Assembly: GCA_964016885.1 (NCBI GenBank)
Contig: OZ024765.1
Coordinates: 11,284,001-11,348,000 of the forward strand
Source: Eledone cirrhosa
Taxonomy: Eukaryota
Direction: 5' to 3'
DNA: 64,000 nucleotides
In this document: positions 55,000 to 64,000 of the stretch, one piece after another
How positions within the stretch are numbered: the first letter of the stretch is position 1
How the letters are laid out: each line of letters opens with the position of its first letter
Notes under the pieces: generated by a model
Database searches by the model: none
The model's input: the letters and a program-made list of their open reading frames with translations, nothing else
Told to the model about the DNA's origin: nothing
Position numbers and translations under genes: made by a program

Positions 55000-56420
55000 C
55001 AAACATATACATACATACATACAAATATATAAACATATCCATACATACATGTATATAAAGACATGCACACATACACATATATATATACAAACATATACAT
55101 ACATTCAAATATATAAACATATACATACATACATGTATATAAAGACATGCACACACACATATATATATATATATACAAACATATACATACATACAAATAT
55201 ATAAACATATACATACATACATGTATATAAAGACATGCACACACACACACACATATATATATACAAACATATACATACATACATACATGCAAATATATAA
55301 ACATATACATACATACATGTATATAAAGAGATGCACACACACACATATATATATATACAAACATATACATACATATATACATACAAATATATAAACATAT
55401 ACATACATGTATATAAAGACATGCACACACACACACATATATATATACAAACATATACATACATACATACATGCAAATATATAAACATATACATACATAC
55501 ATGTATATAAAGAGATGCACACACACACATATATATATACAAACATATACATACATATATACATACAAATATATAAACATATACATACATGTATATAAAG
55601 ACATGCACACACACACACATATATATATACAAACATATACATACATACATACATGCAAATATATAAACATATACATACATACATGTATATAAAGAGATGC
55701 ACACACACACATATATATATACAAACATATACATACATATATACATACAAATATATAAACATATACATACATGTATATAAAGACATGCACACACACACAC
55801 ATATATATATACAAACATATACATACATACATACATGCAAATATATAAACATATACATACATACATGTATATAAAGACATGCACACACACACATATATAT
55901 ATACAAACATATACATACATACATACATGCAAATATATAAACATATACATACATACATGTATATAAAGAGATGCACACACACACATATATATATACAAAC
56001 ATATACATACATATATACATACAAATATATAAACATATACATACATGTATATAAAGACATGCACACACACACATATATATATACAAACATATACATACAT
56101 ATATACATACAAATATATAAACATATATACATACAAATATATAAACATATACATACATGTATATAAAGACATGCACACACACACATATATATATACAAAC
56201 ATATCCATACATATATAGATACGCACACATATATACATACATACACACATACATACATAATATATACTTGCATACATACATACAAATACATACATATATA
56301 TATACAAACATACAGGTATACATATATACAAACATATGCATATAAAGACATGCATACATACACATATATATATACAAATACATACATACATACATCCATA
56401 CACACACATATACATACATG
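54680..56420. repeat. AC/AT minisatellite (~90 bp)
   Basis: Recurring ATGTATATAAAGACATGCAC. Confidence 0.92.
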
Positions 56421-56586
56421 GGAGTGAAAAGTTCAGATTTAGAAAGATTGATAAAATTTCTCTCTTTTTTTTCACACTAACCATAGCTGTAGGACATATT
56501 ATATTTGGAAGGCATTTTCAGTCAATCATAGAATACGCACACAAATATATACATCTTATATATATATATAATATATGCCAATATAG

Positions 56587-56624
<38 letters not shown>

Positions 56625-56654
56625 GTTCTTATATGCATATATACATATATATAT

Positions 56655-56685
<31 letters not shown>

Positions 56686-56907
56686 CACATGCATATATGA
56701 ATATGGATACATAAACTCTAAGAAACACTGCTTTAACATAGGAAGTGAGCTAATGTGTTTTCTTGACACTGTTTAACCTATACCATTTAGAGGTCAGATA
56801 TAGAGGTCAGAAAATTTGGCCAAATTTTCAAATATGGACACAATGACCCAGCACGAGAGATTATATGCTGCTCATTTGATCAACTTCTAGCAGCCATTTT
56901 ACATAGC

Positions 56908-58480
56908 TTAACCAAATCTTCTTCTACTGCCCCTGGTTCTATCATACAAAGATGTTTCTTTTAAAGTGTTTCTATTTATATAAAAAAACTCTTCCATCAT
57001 AATTTTATGTAAGAACCTTTGTTAAGTTATGTTCTTAACTGTGGTTTTTATGATACAAAACTGTTTGTTTATAAACCTCCCATCATAATTTTATGTAAGA
57101 ACCTTTGTTAAGTTATGTTCCTAACTGGTTCTACGATACAAAACTGTTTGTTTATACACCTCCCATCATATGTTATATAACAACCTTTGTTATATCATGT
57201 TCCTAGAAAACCCAGAAAAGTTTCCCAAAGAGCATCACGCCCCTTAGAACATCAAGCATAAGTAGTGAAAGAGTCACTCGCTGCAAAGAAAAACATAACA
57301 ACTCCCCTTCTGTAACAACAATTGAGCTGAAGGTGAGCAAGGCACTGCCCCCTGGAGCTAAAGGTGAGCAAGGCACTGCCCCCTGGAGCTAAAGGTGAGC
57401 AAGGCACTGCCCCCTGGAGCTAAAGGTGAGCAAGGCACTGCCGCCTGGAGCTAAAGGTGAGCAAGGCACTGCCCCCTGGAGCTAAAGGTGAGCAAGGCAC
57501 TGCCCCTTGAAGCTAAAGGTGAGCAAGGCACTGCCCCCTGGAGCTAAAGGTGAGCAAGGCACTGCCCCCTGGAGCTAAAGGTGAGCAAGGCACTGCCGCC
57601 TGGAGCTAAAGGTGAGCAAGGCACTGCCCCCTGGAGCTAAAGGTGAGCAAGGCACTGCCCCCTGGAGCTAAAGGTGAGCAAGGCACTGCCCCCTGGAGCA
57701 GATACAAACTATGCAGTGTGGAAATACCTAAACAGACTAAGATCTGGTGTTAGACGTGCAAAATTTACTCTTGCAAAATGGGGATATTTAAAGAATGGGG
57801 ACGTTGTGTGTGACTGCGGCATGAAACCATAGACTACGCAGCACCTCCTGATATGCCCCGTTGGAACACCCCTGTACAGCATTGGACTTGGCAGAGTTTA
57901 ATGAGAAAGGACAGCAATGTGTTCAGCTGTGACAGAACCTAATCTAGCCAAGCTTTGTAGCTGACACTCTTGTGGACACAAGAAGAACTGTGGTTTTATG
58001 ATACAAACAGTTTGTTTGTAAACCTTCCATCATATTTTATGTAAGTTCTTTATTAAGTTATGTTCCAAACACTGGTTCTATGATATTAAACTGTATGTTT
58101 TAAGTGTTTATATTTATCTAAATAACCTTCCATCATAATTTCATGTAAGAACCTTTGTTAAGTTATGTTCCTAACAGTGGTTCTATGATATAAAACAGTT
58201 GCAAAGTGTTTATATATATTTAAAAACCTTCCATCATAATTTTATGTATGAACCTTTGTTAAGTTACATTCCAACAATGGTTCTATGATATAAGACTGTT
58301 TGTTCTAAGTGTTTATATTTATTTAGAAACCTTCCATCATAAATTTATGTATTAACCTTTGTTAACCCTCTTGTTATCATATTTCTATGACTTTTTATAT
58401 CCTTTTGAAAATAATCAATAATTTTGAAGGATTTATTAATATAGCTAACTTTCTTCTTATTAAGTTAGTGTTTGGATAAA
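56908..58480. mobile_element. AT-rich MITE-derived array (same family as 22.3-23.5 kb, mostly reverse) interrupted by a LINE fragment
   Basis: Repeated AACCTTCCATCATAATTTTATGTAAGAACCTTTGTTAAGTTATGTTCC; TTAACCCT end at 58363. Confidence 0.65.
57203..57987 (+). mobile_element. Ingi/Vingi-like LINE 3' fragment with internal 31-bp array (~12 copies, 57330-57699)
   Basis: LPPGADTNYAVWKYLNRLRSGVRR..LAKWGY..CDCGMKP*TTQHLLICP; (AAG)n tail. Confidence 0.8.
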
Positions 58481-58682
58481 GGCTTGAAAATGTTAATACA
58501 TATTGGATTAAAGAACATTAAAACTACAAAAAGCTATCGATAAAATAAGTACTGAGGCTGATATCATCAATTAAAACTTTCATGGTAACGTCCCAGCATG
58601 GACACAGTCTAATGTATGAAACTATCCAAAGATTATAGAAGTATATAATACAATATCATCATCATCAATCATTTTACGTCCG

Positions 58683-58724
<42 letters not shown>

Positions 58725-58749
58725 TGTAATAAACAACATAAGATAATTA

Positions 58750-58810
58750 TTTCATTTACCAGTGGTTTCTTGAAAGCAAACGAAATTTGCTTTCAGTCAT
58801 CAGAATGAAA
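58750..58810 (-). ncRNA. Type I hammerhead ribozyme, family H3
   Basis: TTTCATT-CTGATGA-C-TGAAAGCAAAT(TTC)GTTTGCTTTCA-A-GAAA-CCACTGG-TA-AATGAAA. Confidence 0.8.
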
Positions 58811-59430
58811 AAATCCTGGTGTATTTATTGGCAGTGGATTTTAAAAACAAAAATATAATCTATATGAAAGTGAGGCTGGAAAAGGAAGAAGGAAAGGAAA
58901 AAGAATAAGTATATAAGTATATATATATATATATATAATATAGAGAGGAAAAACACAGGAGAGTGTGTTTCGTTTACAGGATTTTAAACCACCAGCGTGA
59001 AGAGAATATAAGCTAAGAGAGGTGCAGGAAATACATTAGAATTAAAAGGATGAATTAAAATGAAAAAACCAACCTCATAACTAAATCAAACATGTACAGA
59101 CTCCCTAAGAGATTGTTTCACCCTAAGGAAGATAGTGGGTTCCAATTCAGATTTGTGGATCTTCAGTATGTGCTAAGTTGATATTGGCCGCACTACTATA
59201 GAGAACTAGAGTAACTGACCTGTAGCACGTCTAAACGGAGGGGAAATACATGCACGAGGCAGTGGCCAGGGGTATGAACAGGACAAGCCGCTAGAAATGG
59301 CAGCCTATACTATTCAATTTATGGTGCTCAACAGCAGAGAATGCAAGGAGCAAATATCAAGTAAAATAACGGAGTAAAGGACTTGCGTATAATCCTGTAA
59401 TTTAATGAGCTCCAAGGAAAGAGTTTTCCT

Positions 59431-59472
<42 letters not shown>

Positions 59473-59513
59473 GATATATTAACAAATGGAAACTATATTT
59501 ATAAAACCATATT

Positions 59514-59578
59514 TATTTCATTATACATATTTCAAGGACACCAAGTTAAATTATGGCGTGCTTTCATCAGATAAAATA
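59514..59578 (-). ncRNA. Hammerhead family H2 (left arm of inverted duplication)
   Basis: Reverse complement of 59701-59765 with one substitution. Confidence 0.7.
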
Positions 59579-59700
59579 TAATATAGAGCAGTTTTATAAA
59601 TAAATATTGACATACCCTTAAAGAATGCGACCATTTCAGTTGGAAGCTCCCGGATAGTCCCGGGTACGTCAATATTTATTTATAAAACTGCTCTATATTA

Positions 59701-59765
59701 TATTTTATCTGATGAAAGCACACCATAATTTAACTTGGTGTCCTTGAAATATGTATAATGAAATA
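59701..59765 (+). ncRNA. Hammerhead family H2
   Basis: TATTTTAT-CTGATGA-AAGCACACCA..TGGTGTCCTT-GAAA-TATGTA-TA-ATGAAATA. Confidence 0.75.
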
Positions 59766-59982
59766 AATATGGTTTTATAAATATAGTTTCCATTTGTTAA
59801 TATATCATATTTTTACTCCAATAATTTGTCGAGTGCTTTATATCAGTTATAAAAATATTTGCTTGTTGTATCCCAACAATTTAAATAGAACTTATATATA
59901 TATATATATATAAATAGCTTAGAGTTTAGACTCAAAGAGGTCATTTACAATCATTTCAGCTCTAGGAATCGCTTCTGAGCAG

Positions 59983-60117
59983 TATAAATTAATATTTGAT
60001 GAACATTTACATGTTATAGTTGCAATTGACTAATAAGATCGCTAGAGTGAAAATTTTCCCTCTAGCGATCTTATTAGTCAATTGTAACTATAACATGTAA
60101 ATGTTCATCAAATATTA

Positions 60118-60124
<7 letters not shown>
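59983..60124. repeat. 142-bp spacer-free palindrome
   Basis: Centre GAAAA|TTTTC; 2 mismatches in 71-bp arms. Confidence 0.95.
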
Positions 60125-60168
<44 letters not shown>

Positions 60169-60289
60169 CAGAGGTTATATTTAATTTGTTGGGATTCAAC
60201 AAGTTTAAAACTATCCAGGAAGCTCCAACCGTTAAGGTTGTCTTTTTTCAGGGTATGTCAATATTTATTTATAAAACAAATCTGTATTG

Positions 60290-60355
60290 TATTTTATCTG
60301 ATGAAAGTGCACCATAATTTGCCTTGGTGGCCCTTGAAATATGTATAATAAAATA
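60290..60355 (+). ncRNA. Hammerhead family H2
   Basis: TATTTTAT-CTGATGA-AAGTGCACCA..TGGTGGCCCTT-GAAA-TATGTA-TA-ATAAAATA. Confidence 0.72.
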
Positions 60356-60675
60356 AATATGGTTTTATAAATATAGTTTCCATTTGTTAATATATTGTGT
60401 ATATATATAGGTATGTATGTAATTGTCACAAGTGTCGTGTTTGTACCAGAGTTTTCAAGTCGCGGGCTGGACTAAAAAGTCACACTTGTTCAGCGCATCG
60501 GTAGGGGTTCTCCTAACTCGAAAACGAGTTGGCAGCCACCATATATTTATATATATATATATATACTCTAAAATGGCTGACTAAAAACACACAAGGTCTT
60601 TCTCAAAATTCTTTTTATTTCTTCCTCTAATTATTCTCCTTTATCTTTCTATTCCTTCTTTTATTTCATATTCTA

Positions 60676-60711
60676 TCTTCTGATGAAGGACTAGCATCTG
60701 AAACGTCAAAA
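60676..60711 (+). ncRNA. Hammerhead family H1 (degenerate helix II)
   Basis: TCTT-CTGATGA-AGGACTAGCATCT-GAAA-CG-TC-AAAA. Confidence 0.6.
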
Positions 60712-61009
60712 CTCTTTTCCTACTATATCAAGCATTAAACTAATATAATTCTTCATTGCTCTGTTGTTTTCTGTTTATCTTCCACACACACACACACAAA
60801 CACAAACACACACACACACACACATATATATATTTAGAGTATGTGGTTAACCAAACAACAGGGATGTATGGACCACATCATGTTCTGTCAGTTGTGAAGC
60901 AGATAAAAAGAAGCACTCAATGACCAGTATAAATGGTGCAAGTCGGAGCATTATATATTAATAAAAGATCGGAGGCAATATACAGTTCATTCAGGTTTAT
61001 TTAAAACTC

Positions 61010-61068
61010 GGCTAAACATATTTCACTGAGGACCATCGGTTAGGATAGCCTCAGCTCTTCAGACAGCA
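61010..61068 (-). ncRNA. Degenerate hammerhead, family H4
   Basis: GCTGT-CTGAAGA-GCTGAGGCTATC..GATGGTCCTCAGT-GAAA-TATG-TT-TAGC; helix I is off-register by 1 nt. Confidence 0.5.
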
Positions 61069-61242
61069 AAACCTAAAATAAACATTGAAAGTTCCTAATA
61101 AACCTTTAAATTTGGAAAAGTCCAATAATTTCCCCCAAAAAAATTTTCTTTTCATGGTACATAACTGGTAGTCCTCAGTGAAATAAGTAGAACAGAGTTA
61201 AATAAACCTGAATCAACTGAATATCGCCTCCGATATTTTATT

Positions 61243-61273
<31 letters not shown>

Positions 61274-61847
61274 ATAAATCTACCAAAAGTTTACGGTAGT
61301 GTCCAATCCGTATGAAGAACTCAATGTAATCCGGATATCATGAAAAGAGAAGATGCATTCAAAAACTACTTTCAGTGAAAAATAAATGGAAAACAGAGTC
61401 AAGATAAATTAATAAAATAATGAATAAACAAAGAAACAGTTCCTTAATATAAGGAACTGTTTCTTTGTTTATTCATTATTTTATTAATTTATATATATAT
61501 ATATATATTTATTAAAATAACAGATAATTTGCTCTACGGTTCTTATATATTTGATATATATTTATCCTTATCGAGCCCTCTTTGGATTTTAGTCTTCAAA
61601 TTTATTATTATTACTATATATATATATATATATATAATGAAGGAAGTGTGGTAAGGAACCAGGTGGACCAGAACACACCAGAGTACACAGTACTTAGGGT
61701 AGTAGAGTGGGTAATAGGAAAAGAGTCAAGACCCCGACGGCAGAGCTCCAGCCGTTTCGACGGCTATTTCAGTCCAGAAATAGCCGCCAAAACGGCTTGA
61801 GCTCTGCTGTCGAGGTCCTCTTTTCCTATATATGTATATATATTCTT

Positions 61848-61883
61848 TCTTCTGATGAAAGACTAGCGTCCGAAACGTAGAAA
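61848..61883 (+). ncRNA. Hammerhead family H1
   Basis: TCTT-CTGATGA-AAGAC(TAGC)GTCC-GAAA-CG-TA-GAAA. Confidence 0.6.
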
Positions 61884-62216
61884 CCTCCTCCTCCACTTCC
61901 ACTAAACTTGATTCTAATATAACTGTGTACAATTGCCTCCTGTGTTTTGTTTTGAGAGAATTTGCTCCGAAATCATTAGAAGTGTCCGTTGAACCTGCGG
62001 GTCCAGAATCAGACAGATCCACACAATGATCGCGTCTCAAGCTGTCTGCCGGCGAAACAATTGTAACACACATTAAATTGAGTTCAGATGCATCACTGAT
62101 TGTTCGTTTTCTATTATATCATACTCTGCTCTGTAAGAGCATAGAGTGCTCAACTGGCATACCGCCTGTGGAAGCATCTTAGCTACCATCAGACACACAC
62201 ACATATATATATATAT

Positions 62217-62555
62217 AGAGGGAGAGGGAGAGAGGGAGGGGGAGAGAGGGAGAGGGAGAGAGGGAGAGAGGGAGAGGGAGAGAGGGAGGGGGAGAGAGGG
62301 AGAGGGAGAGAGGGAGGGGGAGAGAGGGAGAGAGAGAGAGGGAGAAGGAGAGAGAGAGGGAGAGAGAGAGAGGTAGAGAGAGAGGGAGAAGGAGAGAGAG
62401 AGGGAGAGGGGGAGAGGGAGAGAGGGAGAGAGAGGGAGAAAGGGAGAGAGAGGGAGAGAGAGGGAGAAAGGGAGAGAGAGGGAGAGAGAGGGAGAAAGGG
62501 AGAGAGAGGGAGAAAGGGAGAGAGAGGGAGAAAGGGAGAGAGAGGGAGAGAGAGA
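62217..62555. repeat. GA-rich simple repeat
   Basis: Direct inspection. Confidence 0.95.
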
Positions 62556-62574
62556 TGTTCGAGTTTGTGGGTAT

Positions 62575-63995
62575 ATATATGTAAATATGATGTGTATATA
62601 TATATATATACACGCATACAAATGTATGTATATATGTGTATGAGTCAGTATGATGTGTGTATCTATGTAAATATGCTGTGTATATATACACGCACACAAA
62701 TGTATGTGTGTATGTGTCAGTATGATGTGTGTATCTATGTAAATATGATGTGTATATATATATATACACGCACACAAATGTATGTATATATGTGTACGTG
62801 TCAGTATGATGTGTGTATATATGTAAATATGATGTGTATATATATATACACACACACAAATGTAAGTATATATGTGTATGTGTCAGTATGATGTGTGTAT
62901 CTATGTAAATATGATGTGTATATATATATATACACGCACACAAATGTATGTATATATGTGTACGTGTCAGTATGATGTGTGTATATATGTAAATATGATG
63001 TGTATATATATATACACGCACACAAATGTATGTATATATGTGTATGTGTCAGTATGATGTGTGTATCTATGTAAATAGGATGTATATATATATATACACG
63101 GACACAAATGTATGTATATATGTGTAAGTATGATGTGTGTATATATGTAAATATATATACACGCACACAAATGTATGTATATATGTGTATGTGTCAGTAT
63201 GATGTGTGTATATATGTAAATATGATGTGTATATATATATACACGGACACAAATGTATGTATATATGTGTATGTGTAAGTATGATGTGTGTATCTATGTA
63301 AATATGATGTGTATATATATATACACGGACACAAATGTATGTATATATGTGTATGAGTCAGTATGATGTGTGTATCTATGTAAATATGATGTGTATATAT
63401 ATATACACGCACACAAATGTATGTATATATGTGTATGTGTAAGTATGATGTGTGTATCTATGTAAATATGATGTGTATATATATATATACACGCACACAA
63501 ATGTATGTATATATGTGTATGTGTAAGTATGATGTGTGTATCTATGTAAATATGATGTGTATATATATATACATGCACACAAATGTATGTATATATGTGT
63601 AAGTATGATGTGTGTATTTATGGAAATATGATGTGTATATATATATACACGCACACAAATGTATGTATATATGTGTATGTGTCAGTATGATGTGTGTATC
63701 TATGTAAATATGATGTGTATATATATATATATACACACGCATACAAATATATGTATGTATATATATGTGTAAGTATGATGTGTGTATCCATGTAAATATG
63801 ATGTGTATATATATATATACACACAAATGTATGTATATATGTGGAAGTATGATGTGTGTATCTATGTAAATATGATGTGTATATATATATATACACACAC
63901 ACATACAAATATATGTATGTATATATGTGTAAAGTATGTTGTGTTTATCTATGTAAATATGATGTGTGTATATATATATATATATAAACACACAC
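62575..63995. repeat. ~80-85 bp TA/TG minisatellite
   Basis: Recurring GTAAATATGATGTG..CACGCACACAAATGTATG..CAGTATGATGTGTG. Confidence 0.93.
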
Positions 63996-64000
63996 ACATA

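Noticed and set aside
61726-62190. 115-aa minus-strand ORF in unique-looking sequence
   Set aside because: Runs through H1 and family E repeats; no recognisable domain or good splice sites.

Overview
AT-rich, repeat-saturated eukaryotic (animal) DNA. The mix of long (TA)n/(CA)n microsatellites, tRNA-derived SINEs and RTE LINEs with (TGA)n tails suggests a coleoid cephalopod such as Octopus (inference). I find no convincing host exon: nearly all long ORFs in the track are translations of simple repeats. The real coding remnants are 5'-truncated non-LTR retrotransposons of six clades (Tx1/L1, RTE, R4/Dong, CRE, CR1/L2, Ingi/Vingi). There are also piggyBac-, hAT- and Tc1/mariner-like MITEs, and several tandem arrays that arose inside mobile elements. 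The most notable signal is about 12 type I hammerhead-ribozyme motifs (CUGANGA..GAAA..UH) in at least five sequence families. They sit in short non-coding elements embedded in (TA)n, often with fold-back duplications like those of Penelope-like elements/retrozymes, and seven are packed into 58.7-61.9 kb. One carries the compensatory U3-A8 core variant. Also seen: a strand-specific pre-miRNA-like hairpin, two 5'-inverted (twin-priming-type) RTE insertions, a (GATA)n-associated Tx1 and an RTE-derived 48-bp satellite with higher-order structure. Family names are from motif recognition, not database searches.
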